The notes under the pieces were generated by a model. The model did not search any database and was not told where the DNA came from. It saw nothing but the letters and a program-made list of their open reading frames with translations. The translations under genes were made by a program, and so were the position numbers. 62,447 nucleotides of DNA from Emcibacter sp. (GTDB lineage Bacteria; Pseudomonadota; Alphaproteobacteria; Sphingomonadales; Emcibacteraceae): positions 1-62,447 of the forward strand of contig JAESRB010000074.1 in NCBI GenBank assembly GCA_016764855.1, given 5' to 3'. Below, one piece after another: positions 10,318-19,998 of this stretch; positions within the stretch are counted from its first letter, which is position 1, and each line of letters opens with the position of its first letter.

Positions 10318-12642
10318 TTAGAAGCTAACTCCGACAGTCGCCCCCCAAGTCATTGGTGGTTGATATGTCTGAGCCATAGCCGCCGCAGAACCAAAGAACG
10401 GACGTCTATCAGCTAGAACCAACTCATTGGTCAAGTTTTTCACCCACAATGACGCATTCCATGTGTCATCTGCAGAAACAAACCGTAGTCCAGCGTCAAT
10501 AATCACATAAGCCCCCTGCATAGTGCGCGCACTATTAGTTTCCTCGAAGAAATGCTCTCCTTTGTAGGAAACATCACCACTAAGCGTGAATGCGCCCTTA
10601 TCTTCCAGAATTGGCAGGTCATACTCAGCATGGAAAGTTCCGGCCCATTCAGGTGTCCGTCTTGGACGATTGCCACCAAAGTTTGTCAAAGCAACGGACA
10701 ATGGATCAATTTGACCTTGTGGATCAAGATTATCAGCAGACAAGAATGTACTTAATGTCGCATCTGTCCAACTAACACTACCGCGAACACGGAAATTATC
10801 CGTAACAACACCAGCGACCTCAAGCTCAATACCATGCGCCTTTTGGTCGGCAATATTACCAAAGTTAGAGGAGAAGCCTCCACGTGCCTGTGGAATATTC
10901 AACAAGAACTGTATGTCTTTAGCTTTACAATAATATGCCGCAAGATTAACAGTCAGACGATTATCAAACCAATCACTTTTTAAGCCAAACTCATGGTTGT
11001 TAATATGTTCTGGCAACACAAAATCAGTATCTGTTGTACCACTTGGTCCAACACCAGCCTTAAAGCCCTGTGAGAAGGTATAATAAACCAGCATATTATC
11101 TTGCGCACGCCAATCTAGACCAATTTCATGATTATATTCACTGATAGATTGTGAATCTGCGAAATCTCTATTAACCCATGCGCCTGCGCCGGAACGAACA
11201 AACAATCTGTTTTTATTATCCACAGATCTCTCGTCATGCGTAAAACGCCCACCAAGTTTCAATGAAATATTAGGAACGACTTCATACATCGTATGCCAGA
11301 AGAAGGCTACGGACTTGGTTGTCGCATCCCCTGTCAAATTCAACCGTGGCTCAAGCAATGTTACACCGTCACGAATACGCTCTCTTGGTCCTTCTGCGAA
11401 GGTCGTTACAACAGTTCCCGTGAAACGTTTTTCATTAAAATAATAAAAACCAGCGATCGCTTCAAACGGCTTATCCATCAAAGTTCCGTCATAAAGAACC
11501 TGAAACTCTTCACTGAATTCCTGCGCCCGTGTCAATAATGCATTCACTGTCGCTGGCTTGCCTGTAACGTCAGCCCGGTTCAATGTTGGTGCAAAGTCGA
11601 AATCCTGTTGAATGAACAGGTCAGTATCACGGTAATTAATAATATTCTTTATTTTGAAATCATCATTAATTGCCCAGTTAAAGGTTCCGATAACGCCCCA
11701 GATTTCACGTTCATTGCGAGGATCAAAAGTACCCGCAATATTGCGGGTTCCTTCCAGATGCTCGATTTCACCAATTCCTGTAGGATCTAGAAGGCCAGGA
11801 AGATCGGGAAATAATGGACCAGCATAAAGGAAAGCACCGGATTGATCGTCTTGACGCATATAGTCAGCTGTCAAAAGGAAGTCCATGTCTTCGTTAATAT
11901 CGAACTGGAAATGAGCCCGCATATTCTTACGGTTAACATTATCAATGTCATTACCCGTATATGTGTTTTGACCAAATCCATTACGGTTTGTTGTACGCCA
12001 AGCCAAACGTGCAGAAAGTCCACTTGTCAAAGGACCACTAATAGCCCCTTCAGTTTCCATCATTTGATATTTACCAACGGTCAAGCGAGCATAACCTTCA
12101 AGCTCTCTTGTTGGCTTACGGGTAATAACGCTAATCGCGCCACCCATAGTATTCCGGCCAAACAACGTTCCCTGCGGGCCGCGCAATACTTCCAAACGCT
12201 CCACATCAAATAATGACGTCAACTGCGCTGCTGGCGTATTAATAACGGCACCATCAATGTAAAATCCAACACCTGGCTCTACGTTACCAAAATTCGTGGC
12301 CAAACCTAGACCGCGCATATATGTAAAAGCAACACCCAAACCTGCACCAATGGTAATGCTCGGCGCATAATATTGAATTTCCTGCAAACTCAACGCATGT
12401 GAGTTATCTAATTCCATCCCACTAATGGCCAAAACTGCCACGGAAACATCCTGCACACTACGCGCACGTTTCGTTGCCGTTACCATAATTTCTTCTAGAG
12501 TAACTGCACTTTCGTCACCAGCATATGCGTAATTGGAATTTATACATGTTGTCATTAACAATGCCGCAGCACTAATAACTTTGGTTACTTTAAACATATT
12601 TTTTTCTTTCCTCTTAAACATTTTTTCTCCCATCTTTAACAT
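10318..12642 (-). CDS. TonB-dependent receptor
   Basis: LEEIMVTATKR, LRGPQGTLFGRNTMGG, terminal VSF; AGGAG upstream of the start. Confidence 0.93.
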   Translation of the reverse strand: MLKMGEKMFKRKEKNMFKVTKVISAAALLMTTCINSNYAYAGDESAVTLEEIMVTATKRARSVQDVSVAVLAISGMELDNSHALSLQEIQYYAPSITIGAGLGVAFTYMRGLGLATNFGNVEPGVGFYIDGAVINTPAAQLTSLFDVERLEVLRGPQGTLFGRNTMGGAISVITRKPTRELEGYARLTVGKYQMMETEGAISGPLTSGLSARLAWRTTNRNGFGQNTYTGNDIDNVNRKNMRAHFQFDINEDMDFLLTADYMRQDDQSGAFLYAGPLFPDLPGLLDPTGIGEIEHLEGTRNIAGTFDPRNEREIWGVIGTFNWAINDDFKIKNIINYRDTDLFIQQDFDFAPTLNRADVTGKPATVNALLTRAQEFSEEFQVLYDGTLMDKPFEAIAGFYYFNEKRFTGTVVTTFAEGPRERIRDGVTLLEPRLNLTGDATTKSVAFFWHTMYEVVPNISLKLGGRFTHDERSVDNKNRLFVRSGAGAWVNRDFADSQSISEYNHEIGLDWRAQDNMLVYYTFSQGFKAGVGPSGTTDTDFVLPEHINNHEFGLKSDWFDNRLTVNLAAYYCKAKDIQFLLNIPQARGGFSSNFGNIADQKAHGIELEVAGVVTDNFRVRGSVSWTDATLSTFLSADNLDPQGQIDPLSVALTNFGGNRPRRTPEWAGTFHAEYDLPILEDKGAFTLSGDVSYKGEHFFEETNSARTMQGAYVIIDAGLRFVSADDTWNASLWVKNLTNELVLADRRPFFGSAAAMAQTYQPPMTWGATVGVSF

Positions 12643-12742
12643 CTTTTAGTCTCCTATTTTATGTATCATTGTAATTTCTACTTAAATTTTTATTTGTATT
12701 CACATACCTTTCTTTTGCCTGTTTTTTATCAAAATTTACAAA

Positions 12743-12830
12743 GTATACTGAGTATTAAAACAACATTTTATCAAATAGTTATCTGCCAATAATGTCTATT
12801 ATTTAAAAAATAAGATGTATGCTTCTTATT
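12743..12830. promoter_or_regulatory. Paired putative MarR boxes upstream of the TBDR
   Basis: GTATACTGAGTA (12743-12754) and GATGTATGCTTCTTATTT (from 12814); both recur in the OCD/marR intergenic region. Confidence 0.55.
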
Positions 12831-12918
12831 TTCTAGCGAACCTACCCCTTCTTGTCAATATGGCATAGGCTATTTCTATATAATGCGGCCCCATATTCCA
12901 TGAGAACAACGCACGTCT

Positions 12919-14205
12919 TTAAGCATCTTTTACATCCTCATCCTTATGATGATCTGGCAATTCAGGGTATCGCCCCAATGTCGCGATAACGATTATGCCC
13001 ACCAACGCAACGGCAGATGCCATAAGCAGAGCAGTTTGATAAGATGATGTCAGGTCATAGCTACGCCCCGCAAAGAAACTACCCAAGCCTCCGCCTAATC
13101 CAAAGCCTACGAATAAAAAGCTATACATACGCCCCAGAACCGGACGACCAAAATATTGCACACAAAAGAATCCGATTACATCAAATTCCAAACCAAGCCC
13201 GGCCCCTAATCCAACCGTTGCCATAAAGGCTGTAATATTATTCGGCATTAATGCCACACTTGCGAAGCCTATTACGGGTAGTAACAAGAAACCTGCCGAA
13301 ACAAACGGAGCGTGGTAACGGTCCAAAAGATATCCAGCAAGAATGCGAGAACTGATCAGGGATATGCCGAGGAAAGAGGCCATTTTAACCGCCTCCCCCC
13401 GTGTTAATCCCACATCGACAAGGAGGGGAATAAGCTGAGTTACGGCACCGGTCAAAATCGCGCCAAATAATGTCGTCCCCACGAGCAATTTCCAGAAATA
13501 CGATGTTCGAAGAGCTTCTTGAACAGTATATCCCCTTTGATATATCTCCCTGACAGAAGAGGCAGCTTCATCCGTTTCTACAATATCCCGTCCATCGGGC
13601 AATTGCCCCTTATCTGACGGCTGATTATACATAAAGAAATAAATTATTGGGACAACAACAAGCAAGTTTATAGCACCGAGCGTAACAAATGCCTCACGCC
13701 AGCCAGCAGCGTCTATGACTTTATGAACCAAGGAGGGTAAGAACATTGCACTTAATCCCGCCCCTGACAGCCCTAACCCAAGGGCTAGCCCCTTCTTTTG
13801 GTCGAACCAGGTCATGATAAGACGGACATAAGATATTGACGCTGTTGCCCCGCCAAAAATAGTCAGAATGGCTATGATGCTGTAAAAATACCAAATATTA
13901 TCCGTAAGAAAATAAAAGGAACACAGCGCAATACCAAATCCAATTGTCGAGGGCAGAAGAATATTCTTCACCCCCTTTTTATCAATTAATATGCCAACTG
14001 TTGGTACAACAACCACCATGATGACATTTGAAATGATTAAACCAAAAGAAATATCACCCCGGCCCCAACCAAATTCATCTGATATTGGCATGATGAACGA
14101 GCTGAATACATAAACAACAGAACCCACATAACCAAAACAAATACCAATAGTAGAGGCAACTACTATATACCATCCGTAAAATATCTTTTTATCTTGAAAA
14201 GTCAT
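12919..14205 (-). CDS. MFS transporter (OFA/monocarboxylate-like)
   Basis: FYGWYIV N-terminus, WFDQKKGLALG, GYLLDR; about 12 TM segments. Confidence 0.88.
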   Translation of the reverse strand: MTFQDKKIFYGWYIVVASTIGICFGYVGSVVYVFSSFIMPISDEFGWGRGDISFGLIISNVIMVVVVPTVGILIDKKGVKNILLPSTIGFGIALCSFYFLTDNIWYFYSIIAILTIFGGATASISYVRLIMTWFDQKKGLALGLGLSGAGLSAMFLPSLVHKVIDAAGWREAFVTLGAINLLVVVPIIYFFMYNQPSDKGQLPDGRDIVETDEAASSVREIYQRGYTVQEALRTSYFWKLLVGTTLFGAILTGAVTQLIPLLVDVGLTRGEAVKMASFLGISLISSRILAGYLLDRYHAPFVSAGFLLLPVIGFASVALMPNNITAFMATVGLGAGLGLEFDVIGFFCVQYFGRPVLGRMYSFLFVGFGLGGGLGSFFAGRSYDLTSSYQTALLMASAVALVGIIVIATLGRYPELPDHHKDEDVKDA

Positions 14206-14269
14206 CGTAGCCGCCCTTAACTATTTAGTTAACACACTTTTTCATTATAGTTTTTATATAACATCTGGC

Positions 14270-15418
14270 CTAAACTGGCACCACATCAAGTATCCGTGGT
14301 GTACTGATCAGCTTCTCTGCACCAGTAGCCGTAACCACGACAGGATCGCCTAACACATGATAGCCCGCAAGCGGTGTAAATGTATTAGGATGAACCACAA
14401 GAACACTATTTTCTTCCAGTATGGTATCAATCCCTTCGAGAACAGGTACCTCATCCAGATGAAGGCCCAGACCATGACCGCGCACCCGCGTATATTCAGA
14501 CGTACAATATTGACCAAATCCCCGTTCCCGGAAAACATCATTCTCTGCCATGGCCACATCATGCATCGTTGCGCCCGGCTTAACAGCTGCAATACCGGCC
14601 GCCGTCGCCGCATCAAACAATTCGAATGATTCCCGTTGTCCCGCACTTGGTTCCCCAATCACTGCCGTACGACATATCTGCATCCAATAACCGCGACATT
14701 GAGGCGTAAGCTCCGTACGCACCATATCGCCGATTTGCAATTTCCGGTCAGAGGGCGGCGTCATGCCCATAACCTCATCGCCACCGGATGCAATTAACAT
14801 AAAGTTATCTTCAGCACCCATACCCCTTAGGCGAGCTTCAACTTCGGCGATAATTTCAAATTCAGTAACCCCCGGCTGACATGCCTCCAAAAAGGCGGCC
14901 CAAGCAGCGTCGCAAATAGTGCCCGTATGGCGCATCTGTGCTACTTCCCATTCACTTTTAACCCAGCGTATGCTGGTGATCATAGGTGTTGCATTTTTGA
15001 ATTTGAACCCTGGCAGTTGGCTTTCCAAATGCTTCCATGTTGCATGAGGTAAAAATTCTGCCCCGGCAATACCAATACGCCCTTTAGCCATATCAGATTT
15101 GATACGGTCAGCAACCCCTTCAAGGCCCAAAAGGCTGGTTAAACGGATATCATCCACAAACCCTGCATTACGAACTGCAACGACATCTTCCAGCGACCCG
15201 ACAAAAGCGGCGGGCTCACCAGATATTGGCAAATATGCTAAGGCAAAACTGGACTCCAGTGCCGCAGCCGTAAGGTAACACACGTCTTCACGCCGCCATG
15301 CTGGTACAAAGGCAAGGATGCCGTCCAGATCTTCTTTTGCCATTGCCTTACGTATTCTATTGTAACGCCAATCGCGCTCTTTCAGGTCAACCTGATTTTT
15401 TTTCACAGTCATTGTCAA
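14270..15418 (-). CDS. M24 (creatinase/Xaa-Pro peptidase fold) hydrolase with non-canonical metal site
   Basis: Creatinase N-domain, R.VKS..E, GHGLG. The usual Asp/Asp/Glu/Glu ligand positions read ELTP, MQICRT, VHPN and GDP. Confidence 0.85.
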   Translation of the reverse strand: MTMTVKKNQVDLKERDWRYNRIRKAMAKEDLDGILAFVPAWRREDVCYLTAAALESSFALAYLPISGEPAAFVGSLEDVVAVRNAGFVDDIRLTSLLGLEGVADRIKSDMAKGRIGIAGAEFLPHATWKHLESQLPGFKFKNATPMITSIRWVKSEWEVAQMRHTGTICDAAWAAFLEACQPGVTEFEIIAEVEARLRGMGAEDNFMLIASGGDEVMGMTPPSDRKLQIGDMVRTELTPQCRGYWMQICRTAVIGEPSAGQRESFELFDAATAAGIAAVKPGATMHDVAMAENDVFRERGFGQYCTSEYTRVRGHGLGLHLDEVPVLEGIDTILEENSVLVVHPNTFTPLAGYHVLGDPVVVTATGAEKLISTPRILDVVPV

Positions 15419-15436
15419 AATTTCCTTTACCGCACC

Positions 15437-16456
15437 TTATTGTGGGCTATTGCAGGGAACCAGCACCATTTCAGATACTGACGCTACATTATTGTTATCT
15501 GAAAGCCCCAGTGACACCGAAACAGTCTCCCCTTCTTTCAAGAGGCGCGCCCCGTCACCCGGCAGACGGAATTTCCCCCGGCTTTCGAGATCAGATAGAG
15601 GCATGCACGAGAATGAGAATTGGTATTTGTCACCAATCTGCGCCTTAACAAGAGCCGTTAAATCCGCCTCACAAATTCCTGTAGAGAGCTTACTTTTCAC
15701 TTCTGCAATCACGCTATTCAAAAGGTCTGCCATTGCACCACCCTCTGCCCGTGCCACACGCAACCAGACATATCGATACTGACCAACAGCATCAATATAT
15801 ACGGTTCCGTCTTCTAAGCTTTTGCAAAAGACAACAACATCAAGGAAGCCAGCACTCCGCGTTTCCTTCACCGCAATTTCAATTCTTTGCGCGTCATTCT
15901 TACCCTGTGCCCATGCCTGGTCCAGACATGCATTCAGCATATTCTTTGCTTCATTTAACAGGCCTGCTTCACTATTCGAAAGCGCATATCGTTGCGACCG
16001 AATGGCATTAGGCAGGTCTTTTAAGTCTGCATCAGGCAAGTTTTCGCTCAGGTCATTCACAAGAAAATTCGGCCATAAGTCCAAATCAACCAAACTTACT
16101 TGACCATCGATACTTCCCACGACTTCTTTAATGAACTGTGTAACATTCTTAGCCAACTGAGGCCCGCTACGCACATCATCCAAGACCGACGTTCTTTTCA
16201 TCCACGGCTGCACTCTTTTGGATAATTTAGTAATAAGAGCAGGTTTTCCGTCGACAGGAACGACCAAAACGGCTTCATTCCAATAAAGACAAAGGTTCGT
16301 CAGATACTGAATATCGTTTGATCTGGCCACATCACCAAAGACCAAGCCTACAGTAGAACCTTCGGCTCTTAATTTATCCCGAAGTGCCTCCAGTCGCGCT
16401 TCATATTCAGACGGCGCTGTTTCCGCCGGGTCCATTATTACGAGGCCACGTTTCAT
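15437..16456 (-). CDS. M24-related protein with creatinase N-domain and degenerate C-domain
   Basis: EYEARL..LR, GD....DIQYLTN and EAVLVVP N-terminal motifs; no HGxG in the C-terminal half. Confidence 0.7.
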   Translation of the reverse strand: MKRGLVIMDPAETAPSEYEARLEALRDKLRAEGSTVGLVFGDVARSNDIQYLTNLCLYWNEAVLVVPVDGKPALITKLSKRVQPWMKRTSVLDDVRSGPQLAKNVTQFIKEVVGSIDGQVSLVDLDLWPNFLVNDLSENLPDADLKDLPNAIRSQRYALSNSEAGLLNEAKNMLNACLDQAWAQGKNDAQRIEIAVKETRSAGFLDVVVFCKSLEDGTVYIDAVGQYRYVWLRVARAEGGAMADLLNSVIAEVKSKLSTGICEADLTALVKAQIGDKYQFSFSCMPLSDLESRGKFRLPGDGARLLKEGETVSVSLGLSDNNNVASVSEMVLVPCNSPQ

Positions 16457-16959
16457 GTTGTTCTCCCTACCAGCTTCGGCGCCATTGCGATCACGCCACC
16501 AGCCTCAATCATCTCAATTAAAAACGGGTCAATCGGTTTGCCTTCAAGCTTCTCACCGGTACGTTCATTGCAAAATACACCCCCCAAAACATCCACGGAA
16601 ATCCGATCTCCCTCTTCCACAGCGTCATGAACACCGGAAACTTCCAAAATAGGGAGGCCGATCTCAAAAGCATTCCGATAAAATGTCCGGGAGAAGCTTT
16701 CTGCCACGATGCAGGATACACCTGTCGCGATCAATGCTTTCACCGCAACCGCCCGGCCCGATGATTGACCAAAATGCTTGCCAGCCACAAGAATGTCGCC
16801 CTTTTGCACTTCTTGACCAAAACGAGGATTAATATCCTCAAACACATATTTCGCAGCCTTATCAATAGACTGATAAACCCGGCGGGATTTAATGATCTGG
16901 TCCGTTGGAATGAAATCCCCTACTTTCCAGCTTTTACCTTCAAAAACATACTTACTCAT
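16453..16959 (-). CDS. LeuD/DmdB-like hydro-lyase small subunit (divergent copy)
   Basis: TDQII, AGKHFGQSSGR (canonical NFGCGSSRE), AESFSRTFYRNA. Confidence 0.85.
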   Translation of the reverse strand: MSKYVFEGKSWKVGDFIPTDQIIKSRRVYQSIDKAAKYVFEDINPRFGQEVQKGDILVAGKHFGQSSGRAVAVKALIATGVSCIVAESFSRTFYRNAFEIGLPILEVSGVHDAVEEGDRISVDVLGGVFCNERTGEKLEGKPIDPFLIEMIEAGGVIAMAPKLVGRTT

Positions 16960-18218
16960 AAAACCTCCCGAATATCTGTAATACAGCCCGCAATGGCAGA
17001 AGCGGAAACCGTATGGGATGACGCAAGATACATCGCGGCATCAATGCTGCCATTTCTGCTAGGGAAATTACGGGAATGCGTGGAAATCATTGCATCCCCC
17101 GCGGCCATAGCCCCCATATTCACTGCTTGGTTTGACCCGGTACTTGGGGGGAACCACATGGCCCCTGCTTCATGCAATTGCGCAACGATACCCTCTTCCA
17201 AAGCCTGAGCAAAAGCGACACGACTTGATGGTACGATATTGAGACATACCTCTGGATGAACGCGCTTACCTTTAAAGACTTCCGCAGCCACTCTCAGGTC
17301 TTCGATACGACCACCGGCATGACCGCCAAGTTCTGCATATTGAATAGTCGTGCCAGCGACTTTATCGACGGTCTTCACATTACCTACAGTTGGCGAACAA
17401 GCAACCTGTGGCGCGAGGTCCGAGACATCAAACTCAAGACGTTTTTCATATTTTCTTTCGCTGACCGGACTGACTTCCATTTCATCCCAAGCCTGCATGG
17501 CATTATGCTCTCTGGCAAATTTAAAGACCTTCTCATCGGGGTCCACATAACCACATTTTGCGCCCAGATCGACCGTAATAAGAGTCAATAACCAACGGTC
17601 AAACAGGCTCATTTCTTCGACCAGCGGACCACCAAGTTCAATGGCCTTATAAATGGCCCCACCTTCACCAATTTGGCTGACCAGCCATAGGGCTACATCC
17701 CGCGGCGTTGTGCCCGGCTGTAATGTCCCATGCAGATCAATACGAATTGTTTCCGGCACTTTAAACCACGCTTTACTATAGGGGAGAACTGTCCCGGCGT
17801 GGGAATCATTGCCCAATGCCACAGCAAAAGCGCCCATCGCCCCATGAACCGGCGTATGACTATCAGAACCGACCACAACCATGCCCGGTCCGATAAATCC
17901 ATTATGCACAACGGCATTATGAATATTACCATTGCCACAATCCAGCAGGTTAATGCCATGCTTCCGCGCCCATGCCCGGTCGGCCTGTAAGACTTCGGCT
18001 TCCGTTTCGCTGGGCGGGGAGAAAAGATGATCAAAAACCATCACAATCCGGTCTGGATTCGCAATAGGAAGGCCAACTTTCTCATCAAAAACTTTTGACG
18101 TCACATAACCACTTAGGTCATGCATGATCATCCGGTCCACATTGGCCACAACAACATCACCGGGTTTAACCGTCTCACGACCACTTGCCCGTGCAAGAAT
18201 AGCTTCAATTAATGTCAT
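16956..18218 (-). CDS. LeuC-like aconitase-family large subunit lacking the three Fe-S cysteines
   Basis: DH, GSDSHT and RNF.SR motifs kept, but GSC(T/A)NGR reads GGHAGGR and PGCGxC reads PSTGSN. Confidence 0.85.
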   Translation of the reverse strand: MTLIEAILARASGRETVKPGDVVVANVDRMIMHDLSGYVTSKVFDEKVGLPIANPDRIVMVFDHLFSPPSETEAEVLQADRAWARKHGINLLDCGNGNIHNAVVHNGFIGPGMVVVGSDSHTPVHGAMGAFAVALGNDSHAGTVLPYSKAWFKVPETIRIDLHGTLQPGTTPRDVALWLVSQIGEGGAIYKAIELGGPLVEEMSLFDRWLLTLITVDLGAKCGYVDPDEKVFKFAREHNAMQAWDEMEVSPVSERKYEKRLEFDVSDLAPQVACSPTVGNVKTVDKVAGTTIQYAELGGHAGGRIEDLRVAAEVFKGKRVHPEVCLNIVPSSRVAFAQALEEGIVAQLHEAGAMWFPPSTGSNQAVNMGAMAAGDAMISTHSRNFPSRNGSIDAAMYLASSHTVSASAIAGCITDIREVL

Positions 18219-19486
18219 TTAGACTCTCCCTCTGGATTGGTAATCACACCTGCAATAGCCGATACCGCCGCAGTCGCTGGACTCGCCAAATAGATGTCAG
18301 ATTTATAACTTCCCATACGTCCACTGAAATTACGATTGGCCGTGGACAAGGTCACTTCCCCGTCATCCATCGCGCCACCATCTCCGGCACAGGCGCCGCA
18401 GCCCGGATTGGTAATCAAGGCACCAGCCTCTATCAGCGTGCTAAGCACACCATTGTCGGCGACCTTCTTCATGACTTCCCGGGAACCCGGTGTAATCAAC
18501 AAACGTACGCCATCAGCAACTTTTTTGCCCTTCAGATAGCCTGCTGCAATCACAAGGTCATCATATTTACCATTGGCACATGAGCCAATGAACACCTGAT
18601 CAATGGGCGTTCCAGCAATATCAGAGATGGACTTTACGTTATCCACCAGAGGAGGACAGGAAACCTGCGGCTCCAGGTCAGATACTTCCACATCGACGAT
18701 GCGCATATATTCCGCGCCCTCATCAGGAAACAAAGCATCTTCTTCGGGAAAATCTACGCCAGCTTCTGACAGATAATCGAACGTCTTCTTATCCGGACGC
18801 ACGTAGGCATTCTTTGCCCCCATTTCCATCGCCAGATTACATAAAGTCATCCGCTCGGAAATAGAAAGGTCAGCCGTCAACTCACCGTCAAATTCAATGG
18901 CACAATATGTCGCGCCATCCGCTGTCAAATCACCGATAATTTTAAGCATGATGTCTTTGACAAAAACACCGGGACGAAGCTTCCCCGTCAAATTAATTTT
19001 AATAGAAGGTGGCACCCGCATCCAGATCACTCCGGTGACCCAGGCGGCGGTGATTTCACTAAAACCAACACCAGTACCCAACGCGCCCAAGGCCCCATAA
19101 ATCGTCGAATGAGAATCCGTGCCGATAATAATTTCACCCGGACGAACAAGACCATTTTCCATCAATACCAAATGGCAAATCCCCGCATTCACATCAAAGA
19201 AATTCTCAATCCCTTGTTCCTTGGCGAACCCCCGACACAGCCGATGATAAGCCGCGATGACACTTGTCCGTGCCGGCGCGATATGATCCATGACCATGGC
19301 AACCCGTTCAGGATGCAGGATCTTAGCCCCTTCCAGCTTTTCAAATGTTCTGATGCAGCGCCAACTGGCAGTATGGCTCATATACACATCCGGCGTCACA
19401 TCAACGATATCTCCAGGCACTAGCCCAGTCTTGCCAGAAGCACGCTCGATGGCCTTTTCAACAAAAGTTCTTGGTCGTAAAGTCAT
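18215..19486 (-). CDS. LeuC/DmdA-like aconitase-family large subunit (Fe-S ligands intact)
   Basis: MDH, GTDSHS, IGSCANG, PGCGAC, STANRNFSGRMG, YLASP. Confidence 0.92.
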   Translation of the reverse strand: MTLRPRTFVEKAIERASGKTGLVPGDIVDVTPDVYMSHTASWRCIRTFEKLEGAKILHPERVAMVMDHIAPARTSVIAAYHRLCRGFAKEQGIENFFDVNAGICHLVLMENGLVRPGEIIIGTDSHSTIYGALGALGTGVGFSEITAAWVTGVIWMRVPPSIKINLTGKLRPGVFVKDIMLKIIGDLTADGATYCAIEFDGELTADLSISERMTLCNLAMEMGAKNAYVRPDKKTFDYLSEAGVDFPEEDALFPDEGAEYMRIVDVEVSDLEPQVSCPPLVDNVKSISDIAGTPIDQVFIGSCANGKYDDLVIAAGYLKGKKVADGVRLLITPGSREVMKKVADNGVLSTLIEAGALITNPGCGACAGDGGAMDDGEVTLSTANRNFSGRMGSYKSDIYLASPATAAVSAIAGVITNPEGESK

Positions 19487-19998
19487 TTACTCTGCTCCTG
19501 CTTGATCTTTTCAGCAACGTAGGGAATTAAGCCGCCCGCACGTAAAATATGCTGCAAACTTTCCGGATAAGGCGGGAAAGAGTATGTTTTACCACCCGTT
19601 TCTAATGTTCCGGCTTGGGTATCAACATATAATTCGTCGCCATCTTTAACGGCCTTAACCGCCTCAGGAGATTCCACAATCGTTAACCCTGTATTGATGG
19701 CATTCCGATAGAACACCCGCGCAAAAGATTCTGCAACGACGACTTGGACACCGCCCCCAATCAAGCAACTTGCCGCCTGTTCACGCGCACTGCCGCAGCC
19801 AAAATTCCGACCTGCAACGATAACTTTTGTTGTTTTCAATTTTTTCTGAAATTCTTCGCCCAAGGGTTCAAAAGCATGCTTTGCAAGCTCTACCGGGTCG
19901 ATACTGATAAGATACCTTCCCGGAATGATGACATCCGAATTGATATCATCACCAACCTTCAGGCAAGAACCACCTAACTTATTTTCGCTCTTGCTCAC
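19483..19998 (-). CDS. LeuD/DmdB-like small subunit
   Basis: DINSDVIIPGRYL, NFGCGSARE, AESFARVFYRNAIN. Confidence 0.92.
   Translation of the reverse strand: MSKSENKLGGSCLKVGDDINSDVIIPGRYLISIDPVELAKHAFEPLGEEFQKKLKTTKVIVAGRNFGCGSAREQAASCLIGGGVQVVVAESFARVFYRNAINTGLTIVESPEAVKAVKDGDELYVDTQAGTLETGGKTYSFPPYPESLQHILRAGGLIPYVAEKIKQEQSK

Noticed and set aside
16453-19998. Calling these leucine biosynthesis leuC/leuD
   Set aside because: No leuA/leuB nearby, duplicated divergent copies and catabolic/transport context.
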